Positions 42,998 to 53,540 of a DNA stretch of 64,000 nucleotides are shown here, piece after piece. The notes under the pieces were generated by a model, which saw only the letters and a program-made list of their open reading frames with translations, was not told the origin of the DNA and did not search any database. The translations under genes and the position numbers were made by a program. The stretch comes from Opitutales bacterium (GTDB taxonomy: Bacteria; Verrucomicrobiota; Verrucomicrobiia; Opitutales; PNEW01). Numbering within the stretch: position 1 is the stretch's first letter; each line of letters opens with the position of its first letter. The DNA lies in the NCBI GenBank assembly GCA_965197745.1, contig CBDANS010000007.1:896001-960000 (forward strand), in the 5' to 3' direction.

Positions 42998-43705
42998 TCA
43001 GCCGGTATTTTTTTTATGCTCTTCGACGAGGGCTTTCACCATAGTCCATTTTTCTCGGGCACTGAGATCGGTACGACGGGCGATAATGCGTCCACCGGTC
43101 TCGAGTTCGCTAGTCACGCTGCAAGCTTCGACTATCTCGGTGTGATACTCGGCGGGAATCAAGTGCACTCCGTTAATATCAGCATGGAGTAGATCGCCGT
43201 GATCCACGGTAACGTCGCTGACGGTGATCGGTTCATTGGCCAGTTTGTAATTTACGGAAGCATGATCACTCATCGTGCCGGATCCATAGACGGTAAAACC
43301 TAGGTGGTTTATCGCTTCGAGGTCACGAATACCCCCATCGGCGACGAGACCGACACAACCACCTGCCTGAAACATCGCGCACATATAATCACCTGTTACG
43401 CACTCATGCGTCATTCGCGAACCCACTGATTTCATAACAATTATGGTTGGCACTTTTGAGGCCCGAATTTTTTCTTCCGCTTGCATTAAACCCTCGAGAT
43501 CTGTCTCAAGGTCCGGCGTGCTGGTATTGACAACTAAGGTCACAGCGACACCTACGATGGGATGGAGAAAGTGAGTCATCAGCTTAACATCTATGCCCAT
43601 GGTACATTTATGGTTGTCCTTGCAACCCAATAATGACAGCGATTCAGCGATAGCTGGCGTGTCATACTCACGTAATTGTTCGATCAACGCCAAGTCGACA
43701 GCCAT
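42998..43705 (-). CDS. RraA/HMG-aldolase family protein
   Basis: DTPAIAESL, VGVAVT, GDYM, DGGIRD, GDLLHADINGV. Confidence 0.85.
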   Translation of the reverse strand: MAVDLALIEQLREYDTPAIAESLSLLGCKDNHKCTMGIDVKLMTHFLHPIVGVAVTLVVNTSTPDLETDLEGLMQAEEKIRASKVPTIIVMKSVGSRMTHECVTGDYMCAMFQAGGCVGLVADGGIRDLEAINHLGFTVYGSGTMSDHASVNYKLANEPITVSDVTVDHGDLLHADINGVHLIPAEYHTEIVEACSVTSELETGGRIIARRTDLSAREKWTMVKALVEEHKKNTG

Positions 43706-43760
43706 AATTCTAAGTTAATTGGATTTGCTTTAACAGATGTCAAGTACAGCTTTTTGAACC

Positions 43761-44927
43761 CTATGAGTAATTCCCTACAATAAGACTCTCGTTAGGCAGG
43801 TCGATTAATCGACGACTCCCTTTCTCCGTTATTAATATCGGGTCTTCGACGTGATAGCCCTCTCGACCTGGAAAGCCGAGGACAATTTCTACGGCAAAGA
43901 CCATTCCGGGTTCGAGCGGTTCATTCATATGAGGTCCCAGATAAGGAGATTCATGGATTTCCTGCCCGAGACTGTGACCGACCCAATTCATAGGAGTGAC
44001 CTTGTAGTAATCTCCCATTCCCCGGCGATAAATCTCATATAATTCTCGCCCTTCGACCCCAGGTTTCATGGCCTCGATGACTTGTTGATAAGCATCGAAC
44101 ATTGTTGCATAGATCGCCGTTTGCTCAGAAGACGGAGTCCCACATGCGAAAGTTCTGCCCACATCCGATTGGTAACCCTGATAGCAAACACCCATGTCAA
44201 AGCGGATTAGCTCACCGTTATGTACAGCGCAATCAGAAGGCGTAAGATGTTCAATAGCGGTTCTAACACCCGCTCCGCAGACCATGAATCCCAGTGGCGG
44301 TGCTCCCTCGAGCAAAAAGACTTCGTAAGCAACGGCTGCCAACTGCCGCTCGGTCACCCCTTCCTCCACCGCAGCCCACATCGCTTTGTACGCCTTCTCC
44401 ACAATTTGGGATGACCGGGTCAGGCGGTGAATCTCCTCCCCAGTCTTAACCTGTCGGAGGCGATTAAACACGTCGGAGGCTGCGATAAGCTGTGCATCGG
44501 GAAGATGCTTACGGATTAATTCATAGACACTCACAGGAGTATATTTCTCGTCGTAACCAATCCGGCTATTTTGAAATCCCAACTCTGAAATTTTACTCGC
44601 GAGATCGGTTTCGTGGGATCCTTCCCGGATGCTACCAGTGGCAGCATCAACAGATACACCGGCGAACTGACGAAAAGGAACAAGGTCGGTGACACTAGTC
44701 TCTTCTCGAACGGTCTCAAATTCGAAGTATGGCACAATCAGAGCGGGGTGTGCGTCTCGAGTTAAGAGAGCGAAAGTTGTATGTTCACGTTCGAACCGGT
44801 GTTCCATCATCCGGGTCACGCCACTGATATAACTGAAGTTCTCTGGTCGGCACGCGACGAGGATGTCGATGTCGGCTGCATTCAGAATCCGACGCACCCG
44901 GTCGTCGTCATATAATTGCCTTGTCAT
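43761..44927 (-). CDS. M24 Xaa-Pro peptidase family
   Basis: RQVKT..EI, FDMG, YQSDVGRT, GHSLGQEIHESP, AVE, VED. Confidence 0.9.
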   Translation of the reverse strand: MTRQLYDDDRVRRILNAADIDILVACRPENFSYISGVTRMMEHRFEREHTTFALLTRDAHPALIVPYFEFETVREETSVTDLVPFRQFAGVSVDAATGSIREGSHETDLASKISELGFQNSRIGYDEKYTPVSVYELIRKHLPDAQLIAASDVFNRLRQVKTGEEIHRLTRSSQIVEKAYKAMWAAVEEGVTERQLAAVAYEVFLLEGAPPLGFMVCGAGVRTAIEHLTPSDCAVHNGELIRFDMGVCYQGYQSDVGRTFACGTPSSEQTAIYATMFDAYQQVIEAMKPGVEGRELYEIYRRGMGDYYKVTPMNWVGHSLGQEIHESPYLGPHMNEPLEPGMVFAVEIVLGFPGREGYHVEDPILITEKGSRRLIDLPNESLIVGNYS

Positions 44928-45187
44928 ATTTACACTCCTAAATACTTGAGTTCAAAAACCGCAGTGGTGAATCTGATCCATCCCAGAATGGTATAACTTT
45001 GTTTTGATAATCTTTCATTCTTCTTTACCAAACAAAATTAGCTAGCAGGTTAACTGTGCTATACAGATTACACGTGAGCAACTTGGCTAAATTGCCACAA
45101 GAATATTTAAAATAGATTCAACTCAACTTATAGTAGAATAAATTGATCTATAAGTACTTAATTATTAATGTAAAGGGTTGAGAAACA

Positions 45188-45259
45188 TGGTGCCAGGGAG
45201 GAGAGTGTCAGGGCTACTCACTGGCGTTCGTGAAGAACTCCCGACAATCGGCTTATGAG
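45188..45259 (-). repeat. Degenerate duplicate of the tRNA 3' half (att-like), interrupted by a ~27-nt insertion
   Basis: 18/19 and 22/25 identity to the corresponding segments of 48467-48511. Confidence 0.85.
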
Positions 45260-45293
45260 ATTACAATATTTTGGGGTCACTCCAACCCTTGGA

Positions 45294-48155
45294 TCAGAGG
45301 TCGATCCGAACTTCTTTCAGTCTAGGTGAACCACACCCATAAATCGAAATAAGTGTTGCTTTGTATTGTAACCACTGGGCGTCATTCGGTATTCCCTCAA
45401 TTGTTTTACCGGTGGTTTCATAATAAGAAGCGGTCCCCGTCGGACCCATCCAGACAGCGTCTTCAAGACCTGCTTCCGATTCGCTCCATCGGAGCTGGAA
45501 TTTTATTTTCAGAAGTTCTGTTTCTTCACTGTCCCAATGAATGCGGCGTGCTCTTCGATTCCCCAGCTCAAAGGAAGGGGATACATAGTTCTCTTCGGGC
45601 TTCCGGGTGAAAGCATTTCCCCGATCGAAGCTTGTCATCCCGTGGGGACCGAGTCCGGGGAAACCGGATACTTCATTCTTGTCAAACCCGTTAGGACTAT
45701 TCCAGTAAATCAATGAATCAACCTGGTGTCCAATATCGTTGCGATGACAGGCCAGTGCGATATCTATCCATCCGTCACGATTTAAATCCGCTTGGGTCAC
45801 CGCTCCAGCGGCATATCCGGGAAGATTGACAGGATTGTTAAAATCAATCCTTTTACCATCCCCGTAAAACAACTGTACCGGCGGAGTTCTCGATGTCGGG
45901 TTAGCATAGGCGGTCACAAGGATATCGAGGTTTTCATCGTTATTATAATCCGCGATCCCTGTAAAAACTGCGCTGTATCCAGACATCAATTCCTGAATGT
46001 TATCTTCCTGATATCCTTCAGGGCTTCCAAAATGAATACGCAATGTGTCTTTATGTCGTCTGCGGTGGCCAAGTATGCCGACAATGATATCCAGCCACCC
46101 GTCACTGTTAATATCTGCAACATTTACAGCTGCTGAATCTTCCAGGCCATGACATGGCACTTCCCATTTCCGGTCCTGGGAAAATCCTTTAGCGCTGCCG
46201 AGATATATTCGTATGAAGTTCCGCTTATCATGAAATAGGATATCAATATGGCCGTCGTTATTGACATCTCCCACGGCAGCCAGATCGCCTCTATTGTATA
46301 ATGAATCGGTTCTATTCAGAGAAAATCCGCTTGGTGACCCATAAAATATAGAAGAAGCATTATCCGGGTCATTTTCGCCGAGACTGTAACCAGCCGTAAC
46401 CGCAAGAATATCAAGATAACCATCCCGATTAAAATCGACCGCCTTCAGTTCACCATAGTCAATATCGGTAATTAAATCTATGTATTCATTCAATATCGGC
46501 CCTTTCGCGCCACCGCTGTAAATGCGAAATCCCTCCGGAATCGTAAAAACAATTTCGGGATACCCATCGCTATTCAAATCGGCAACGAAAGATACCGAAC
46601 TATGGATAGTTTGAAATTCGAGTCGATTATTCTCACTGTAATCTGCATTTTTATTACCTAGATACACATAAGAGGGTATACTATGCACATGTCCGTTAAG
46701 AACGTTATTGAAGATCACTTCCGGTTTCCCGTCTCCATCCAGGTCCCCAGCGGTGTTGCCCACGACTCCTATCGTATGCACCCAACTCGTCCGGTCCTCA
46801 GAATACCCGTCCGGTCCATTCCAATAGATAGGTGACTGGATATCGAATTCATTCTCCTTATAGTGCTTACTGATGATCAATTCCGGTAAACTATCCCCAT
46901 CGAGATCAGCTGCGGTTACCCAACGAGAGTTTTTTACTTCAATCAGTGCTTTCATCTTCTCTACGCTGTCTCCCGAACGGATCTGCACTCCGTCTGAGGT
47001 GGCAATAAGCAGGTCCGGGATACCATCATCATCTACATCAGAGATATCAGCGCGAATAACTCGCCTGCTGAATTCTGCAGAGTGACCTTCCGCTTCAATA
47101 ATCACCTGGTTCTCTACATCAATGTTACCTCCTTCATTCCAATATATGCGAACTTGAGCACTACCACAGAACGTCAAGTCGTTGCTCCCGTCCTGGTTCA
47201 GGTCCTCAAGTATAACCTGACGCGCTCCGTAAGTAGGTAAAGTGAAAGGCTCATCGGCATTTACCCCATCCGCTGTTCCCCAGAAGATTTTAGACTCCGT
47301 ATTCAAATCACTTTGACCAGTCCGGTAACTGGCCAAAACGATATCCGCATACTCATCGTTGTTCAGATCTCCTGTGGCGATACCTAAGGCACCTGTCGCG
47401 ATTATCCCATACTGCGCTCCCTCATCTTGAAAGGTGCGGTTTTCTCTTTGTATGTAGACGTGAGCTAATCGTGGTATTGCTGGATTGTGTCCATCTATCC
47501 AGGCGGAGGGGAAGAGTAAGTCGAGTTTTCCGTCATGGTTAATGTCAAGTGGCGCGACATCGAAAGCCCCAATCGTTGGAAGGTCGGTACGGCTCGCTTC
47601 CGGTCCCTCAGGACCTCCCCAATAAATATACGAGTCTAATTCCGAAGAGACTCCGTTCTGGGAGTTCACGGTCACGAGGTCATTATGTCCGTCACCATCC
47701 ACGTCGATAACCCGGCTCATCCATCCGCTATCCGCCGACATCTCGTGTCGTTTCCAATTTTCTCCCGGACCCTGATCGGTTGAATAGGCCCAGGTGGGAC
47801 CGCGTTCTATTCTATCGTGTGAATTTGCAAGGACCAGGTCTATATAACCGTCACTATTCACATCGAGGTTATTAATCATCTCAATAACACCATTGGCATT
47901 CACATAGAGATTGCTCCCCGCATTGTCGAATTGTCCTTTTGAAAAATCCTCAAACCCGTTGTGGACCCAAACCGGTTGCTCTTCCATAGCATCTGTCTCT
48001 TTCTCCTTTTTGCCCATGGAGTATAGGGGACTGCCAATAAGGAACAGCGTTACTAGTGCGTTAAGTGATGTTCGTATAGCATTCAATTTATTATAATAGT
48101 TCATGATTGATACGATTAAATATTTGGTGGATGTCGGGCTTTGCTCTCGGTACAA
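45294..48155 (-). CDS. FG-GAP/VCBS-repeat secreted protein; start probably near 48104
   Basis: Same architecture and C-terminus (YGCGSPRLKEVRIDL) as its paralogs. Confidence 0.85.
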   Translation of the reverse strand: MYREQSPTSTKYLIVSIMNYYNKLNAIRTSLNALVTLFLIGSPLYSMGKKEKETDAMEEQPVWVHNGFEDFSKGQFDNAGSNLYVNANGVIEMINNLDVNSDGYIDLVLANSHDRIERGPTWAYSTDQGPGENWKRHEMSADSGWMSRVIDVDGDGHNDLVTVNSQNGVSSELDSYIYWGGPEGPEASRTDLPTIGAFDVAPLDINHDGKLDLLFPSAWIDGHNPAIPRLAHVYIQRENRTFQDEGAQYGIIATGALGIATGDLNNDEYADIVLASYRTGQSDLNTESKIFWGTADGVNADEPFTLPTYGARQVILEDLNQDGSNDLTFCGSAQVRIYWNEGGNIDVENQVIIEAEGHSAEFSRRVIRADISDVDDDGIPDLLIATSDGVQIRSGDSVEKMKALIEVKNSRWVTAADLDGDSLPELIISKHYKENEFDIQSPIYWNGPDGYSEDRTSWVHTIGVVGNTAGDLDGDGKPEVIFNNVLNGHVHSIPSYVYLGNKNADYSENNRLEFQTIHSSVSFVADLNSDGYPEIVFTIPEGFRIYSGGAKGPILNEYIDLITDIDYGELKAVDFNRDGYLDILAVTAGYSLGENDPDNASSIFYGSPSGFSLNRTDSLYNRGDLAAVGDVNNDGHIDILFHDKRNFIRIYLGSAKGFSQDRKWEVPCHGLEDSAAVNVADINSDGWLDIIVGILGHRRRHKDTLRIHFGSPEGYQEDNIQELMSGYSAVFTGIADYNNDENLDILVTAYANPTSRTPPVQLFYGDGKRIDFNNPVNLPGYAAGAVTQADLNRDGWIDIALACHRNDIGHQVDSLIYWNSPNGFDKNEVSGFPGLGPHGMTSFDRGNAFTRKPEENYVSPSFELGNRRARRIHWDSEETELLKIKFQLRWSESEAGLEDAVWMGPTGTASYYETTGKTIEGIPNDAQWLQYKATLISIYGCGSPRLKEVRIDL

Positions 48156-48466
48156 ATTGATGATTGTCGATTGAATTTATCTGGAGGGACGCCTTCACTT
48201 AGTCAAGATCTCTCATATACATCAATCCCAAAACCCTTACCATCATGCCGGAACTAACACTGACTCTAGTAGAGTAAACGGGAGCAGGTCAGTTATAATG
48301 GTTTGGAATCTCATGAATGAAAGATGAAGATAAATTTTACAATCGCCTGTTATTACATGCTTGGTCAGGTGAAATATAACTTCTAAAAATGCCATTTATT
48401 CTAGGCCAAAACTAGTCCATTAGGAATTATAGCCTAACGATCAATAATGTAAGTTACTGCTATTCA

Positions 48467-48542
<76 letters not shown>

Positions 48543-48672
48543 ATAGGAGGGGTTAAGATCAAAGCAGCATGACACGTGGAGTCAAGACCGGGAATCAGTG
48601 AAAAGTGAACAGTGTACAGCCGCCGTCGTCCCGCATCTGCGCGATTATGGCGTGCCAAGGTGAACAGATTAG

Positions 48673-48728
48673 CTTCGTCTTCGCTTGCCACGGCGTAGTC
48701 CCGCAATCGCGGGGAGAAGACGGGTCTG
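48673..48728 (+). repeat. REP-like dispersed repeat family A, copy 3
   Basis: cttcgtcttcgcttgccacggcgtagtcccgcaatcgcggggagaagacgggtctg. Confidence 0.75.
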
Positions 48729-48795
48729 TATCCCCGTCTTTTAAAGAATATATCAATAACTTAAAACTCTCCTGTCTTATTATTGTCAATAATGC

Positions 48796-50082
48796 TTGCA
48801 AGTAAACCTGATTGAGGCATTGTCTTACTTGATGGAGGCAATTAAAGGAAAACGTAAAAAGTCGAGTCCCCTTAATAGCTGGGAGCACCCGAATAAAAGT
48901 GCTATCACAGTCAGGGAAGTTATCAATAGAACCGCTGGCGATGATTACGGATTTTCCTGCCAGGTTATGATTCCCTCGAAGTTCGCGGGCAAGCGAATAA
49001 GAAGACAGTTCAAGGATAAAGAGGTCGCTTTTGCCTGGGCAAAAGAACAACACGAACAATTACTTCAACACGGGCAGCATCATTATAACCTGACCGGTTA
49101 CCAATCCAAGGATGCTTTCAATGCATTCGAAATACTGGAAGGTTTCGACATTACCCTCTTGCAGGCAGCGGAGTTTGCCAAGCTCCATTTGCATCCCCCG
49201 GCCGGTGATATCTCAGTGTTGGAGTTAACGGCAATATTGATTGAGGAAAAAGAAAAACAGAATCTGCGCTCGCGATCGATAAATGATATCCGCTCCCGGA
49301 TGGGAATCTTCTCAAGAAGCTTTGGGAGACGAGTGGTCAAAGAGATTTCACAGTCGGAAATAGAGGAGTGGCTCAATACCCTTAGCACCCTCTCGGTGAG
49401 AAGCATTATAAACTACCGCTTGTGCTTAAGCTCCTTTTTTAACTATGCCGTCAACCAGGGCTACCGGGTCGATAATCCCGTGAAGAGAATCCCCATGCCT
49501 AAAATAGACTGGAAGCCCCCTGTCATTCTCAAAGTCACTCAAGCGGAAGACTTGGTATTGCATGCGGCAAAGACCGATGAAGAAAAGGGGCTTTTACCTG
49601 TGGTCGCATTAGGACTGTTCGCAGGTTTAAGAAGCACTGAAATCTCGCGGCTTGACTGGTCTGCGATCGATCTGGAACGCAAGTTACTGACGGTTGGACC
49701 GCAGATAGCTAAAAAGCGCCAGTTAAGGGTTGTTGATCTAATGGACAATTGTGTAGCTTGGTTACAGTTATGCTTTAAAAAGACAGGGCGTATTGCACCA
49801 ACCAATTTATTCAAAAGCTTTGCAGAACTTACCAGAGAAGCGGGCTTTCCCAAGTGGAAAGAAAACTACAGCAATGCGATGCGCCACAGCTTCGGCAGCT
49901 ACTATTATGCCTTGACCAGTGATTCAAGCAAGACAGCAGCCATGCTGGGCCATAGATCGAGCGACCAGATGCTTTTTGATCATTACCGGAGTCTTGCTAG
50001 CAGAACAGAGGGGGAAAAATATTTCTCAATCCTCCCTGCAAATGCAGAGCAATCGGTTGTCGCATTTAACCCATTAGATTGA
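48796..50082 (+). CDS. Tyrosine recombinase/integrase; ATG at 48832 is a possible start
   Basis: AGLRSTE (R), IAKK (K), NAMRHSF (R), LGH, DHY (Y); next to a tRNA. Confidence 0.92.
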   Translation: MQVNLIEALSYLMEAIKGKRKKSSPLNSWEHPNKSAITVREVINRTAGDDYGFSCQVMIPSKFAGKRIRRQFKDKEVAFAWAKEQHEQLLQHGQHHYNLTGYQSKDAFNAFEILEGFDITLLQAAEFAKLHLHPPAGDISVLELTAILIEEKEKQNLRSRSINDIRSRMGIFSRSFGRRVVKEISQSEIEEWLNTLSTLSVRSIINYRLCLSSFFNYAVNQGYRVDNPVKRIPMPKIDWKPPVILKVTQAEDLVLHAAKTDEEKGLLPVVALGLFAGLRSTEISRLDWSAIDLERKLLTVGPQIAKKRQLRVVDLMDNCVAWLQLCFKKTGRIAPTNLFKSFAELTREAGFPKWKENYSNAMRHSFGSYYYALTSDSSKTAAMLGHRSSDQMLFDHYRSLASRTEGEKYFSILPANAEQSVVAFNPLD

Positions 50083-50835
50083 TGGGGTATTGCCATCCGG
50101 GTTCATGATACCCTTAAGCAGCGAATTTAGCTGTAAAACAACTTGATTCCAAACCTTCAACCGCTATCTGTGCCTTTTTTCCATGATTACTTTGGGTGAC
50201 ATCTTCAGCCTCACCAGCGAGGGGGTTGGCCAGATTAACGGTTACCGTAAGTGGGTCAGTTTGAAAAATATTGAGTTTGCACCGCGCCGTTAGTGTGTCA
50301 TAATCTTTCGTCGTGAATGAGAGAGCAAAACATTCCCGCAATGGCAAACAGCTTGCCGAGTGCGTCGTAGTGTTGGATACGGGCGAGCGGGAAATCAGCC
50401 ATAAGGTTGAGCCAGTGCATAAGTTCGGGCAGAAGGTCGAAGCCTCGTGGGCAAGGAAATTTATCATCGCAGTTCGGGGTATAATTGGGTGGATCCTTGC
50501 GGGCGGGAAAACTCACGCACAGGACAGCGCTCATGACAGCTAAGGGACAGGGATAGAAACACCCCAGAGGGTCTGTCGGTGCAGGAAGTGGGGAGAGTCG
50601 CGGGAGATACATTAGCCAGCGTGTTTCCAGTCGCATTTAAAACATGGCGGGGAGAACGATACCGGGTTAATCTCAAATTGCACCTTGCGTTCGCGAAGTT
50701 GTGAGGGCTAACATTATTGCAGATAAACAGGGATCATCTCCAGCAATTGAAGCGCTGGCTACAGTGCCTACTTTAAGTATTGGAGGGATGAGAGCAAAAG
50801 GTTGTCGCATTTAAACCATTAGACCAGTAGCGTAC

Positions 50836-51839
50836 ATGAACCCATCAATCTACAATCCCTGTGAGGACGGCATAGCAGCAAAGGTATGGGAATTACTTCG
50901 ACGCAATAAAGCGTTTCAAGAAAAGACAAGAGAGCTTAAAAGTTTACGTGAGAAAGGGAGGGAAAAGGCGATGTGGAGTCAATCCAGGTTTGTAAATAAA
51001 GAAAATAATTCTTTTGCGAAGATTGCCTGGCACTGGATGCATGTACCAGTGATTATTTCATCTGGGCTTGCAAAAAAATAGTACGACCTGTAAGGATCGG
51101 TCCAATTCTAATAAATGACCAGGTTCAAGCTATCAAAGAATACCGAGAGGATAAGAGAAAAGGTCGTGCCCCATTAAAGATTGATTCAACCTGGCCCGAT
51201 ACCCCGCGAGGATTTCAGAATGCGTACAAGGCGCGTTGGTCGGAGTATACACCGGATACCTACGAGATCGTACCTTCAGGAATTTATGAAAATAAAGATG
51301 AAATACCCCCTGGGACATCAATAGCCCCTGAGCTGCTCTACGGATCCAAGAGGGAGGCAGATGATGATAGAGGCGATGATGCGGTAACGTATTGGAACTT
51401 TACACTAAGTTTTAATCGTTTATTTGCCATCCCTCAGGTCTCTATAAGAGGAAAAAGTTCCCGCAAAAAGATCATTAAATTTATCACCGAAAAACTGGAA
51501 GAAGTCCCACTGGCACCAAAAGTCCAGTTGTTTGGGACAGAGGCGCAGTGGAGATCCTTTCTAACTGTTGAATCCATTCGCGAATCTGATTCTTTATCAC
51601 GAGGGGTTGCGATTGAAAAAGCAATTGTAGAGCTGGGCTATGGCAGAGACCTTGACCCGGTTATTCGAAGAAACCGATACTATTCCCGAATTCAGGGACA
51701 GGTTGATGCGATCGATAACAGCAACGAAGATTTTCCCGATCAAAATGGTTGGATACAGCTCATTTATCCAAAGGTCTATCCACTCACAAAAATAATTAAG
51801 ATAGCTCAAGAAAGACAGGATTCACCTGTTCGCCAATAA
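50836..51839 (+). CDS. Putative FseA/DUF6499-like regulator split by a -1 frameshift at A7 (51072-51078), or a pseudogene
   Basis: VWELLRRNKAF in ORF1; the -1 frame is open from the A-run to 51839, giving ~334 aa. Confidence 0.55.
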
Positions 51840-51905
51840 CATACAGTATACTTTAAAGTTACCGTAGAAGACAATCGAGACATTTTGCCCTATTGTATAG
51901 GGCAT

Positions 51906-52160
51906 ATGAATACCCCATTGTTAAATTCACTCGATTCAGTTCGTAACGACCCTCCCCTGTTACTGAGGGAGTCAGAGACTGCGGTAATGCTCGGGGTCTC
52001 CATTCGCACAGTACGAAATTACGACAAGCGCGGACTGCTTAAACCGATTCGCATTGGTGGCAGAAAGTTGTACCGCCGTGAGACGCTCTTAGCAACCCTG
52101 CAAAAACTGGAAGATCAGCAGTCAGCAGCCCGCAAACACAGGAAAAGACATGTCCGATAA
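51906..52160 (+). CDS. Excisionase-like MerR/HTH_17 protein
   Basis: LLRESETAVMLGVSIRTVRNYDKRGLLKPIRIGGRKLYR. Confidence 0.85.
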   Translation: MNTPLLNSLDSVRNDPPLLLRESETAVMLGVSIRTVRNYDKRGLLKPIRIGGRKLYRRETLLATLQKLEDQQSAARKHRKRHVR

Positions 52161-52734
52161 TCCAGCAGTTAACAAATTAACTTCCCGGCCATTTTACATC
52201 AAGTCGAAGGATGCGATGCAAATCATCACGAATACCATTGGAACTGGTTGGAAAAACCACGCGCTTGCCGTTTATGATGTTCTCAATTGCCTGGCTAATG
52301 ATAAAGGTGATCAACTGAAGCCATTTACTGTACCAGTTGGTTTAATAGCTTATCGTTCTGGTCTTTCCCGAAGAATGATCAGCGATATATTTGGATTGCT
52401 CAAAATGAAAGGGTTGATTGAAATAAAACACCAGAAAGGAAGAGGTAAATTTAATATTTACACAATAAAAATGCCACACACACAGGTGAGGGAAAGAGTA
52501 CTTCCTCAACCGCGTCCCCTTCCTAAAAATTACGATGAGTACATGGATATTTGCGATGCAATGGGTATTGGCGATAGAGCTTCTGACCCATTTTGGGAAC
52601 TACAAGAGAAAAATAACTGGAAGAGAAAAAATTTCCAGACTGGCCAATGGGAGCCGTTACATGACTGGCAAAAGGCATTAAGTAAGTTCATTGAGAAAGT
52701 GGAAAATGATATCGAGAACATAAATCATAATTAA
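52150..52734 (+). CDS. Winged-helix protein, Rep-like (HTH_36-like)
   Basis: ALAVYDVL..LA, IAYRSGLSRRMI..LKMKGLI...NIYTI; overlaps the upstream gene. Confidence 0.6.
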   Translation: MSDNPAVNKLTSRPFYIKSKDAMQIITNTIGTGWKNHALAVYDVLNCLANDKGDQLKPFTVPVGLIAYRSGLSRRMISDIFGLLKMKGLIEIKHQKGRGKFNIYTIKMPHTQVRERVLPQPRPLPKNYDEYMDICDAMGIGDRASDPFWELQEKNNWKRKNFQTGQWEPLHDWQKALSKFIEKVENDIENINHN

Positions 52735-52790
52735 GAATGCGAGAGAGACATTTTTTGACGTGTTCGAGAATTTAGAAATTAACGGGCATT

Positions 52791-53006
52791 GCGGACAAAT
52801 TCTTTAGTATACTATCTTCAGTAAGGAGATATTGTCTAGGGGGTAAAGGGTCTGAGCGCCTTGAGAAAGGGCGGTTGAATCTAAAAGGAGGGAATGTGTT
52901 TCATAATAAAGAATGATCGTTAATTCAGGAACAGATTCACGTGGAGATCGTTTTTATTATTTTACTACCAATTGTAAGCGTTGCTCTTTGTAAATAAATT
53001 TACCGG
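52791..53006 (+). repeat. Long non-coding direct repeat, copy 1
   Basis: ggacaaattc..attgtct..aagggtctgagcgccttgagaaaggg..tgtttcataa..tgatcgt..agcgttgctctttgtaaata. Confidence 0.75.
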
Positions 53007-53470
53007 CCGTTTTAATAAGATGACCCATGCAAAAAAGTGCCATTCCCACGTTTTCGGATGAATTGAGTCATTCAGATCGAGGGACATCCTAACAAAACAT
53101 GCTAGTAAGTTTGTTTGGAGTGGTGGCTGCTTTATACCTCGTGTTGGATAAGCGTGGCTGCGTTTATAGTTATAGCAGTCCTTTTGCTAGAAAAAAACGC
53201 TATTGCGATCTCCACATCATTAGCCTTTTTAAAATGCGATGCCGCAGGGGAAAACGAAAAGTCGCAAAAGCAAAACCACGAAAATGATGCCAAATTCAAG
53301 TTTTGCTAAAGCAAAAATAGTTATATGATCAGCTACAAATAAAGAGGCACATTGTGCTTCTTTTAGTTTAAAACATGCATGTTATTCCTCTTTTCACTCA
53401 TAAAACAGGCACATTATGCTGACATGTAAAAAAACAAGATTATAAGAACATAGATATTAAAGAACATTGG

Positions 53471-53512
53471 GGTAACCAAAGTTTAAATTTGGTTACCTGT
53501 GAGGTTTTTTTG
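53471..53512 (+). terminator. Hairpin followed by a T-tract
   Basis: ggtaaccaaa / tttggttacc 10-bp stem, then gtttttttg a few bases later. Confidence 0.45.
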
Positions 53513-53540
53513 TTAATACATTTATAAATAAACGAGCAAT

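Noticed and set aside
45188..45259. Second functional or intron-containing tRNA
   Set aside because: 5' half absent and T-arm disrupted
48796..50082. Integron integrase IntI
   Set aside because: ~420-aa phage/ICE-type architecture with xis and rep neighbours; no recognisable IntI insertion; far from the attC-like sites
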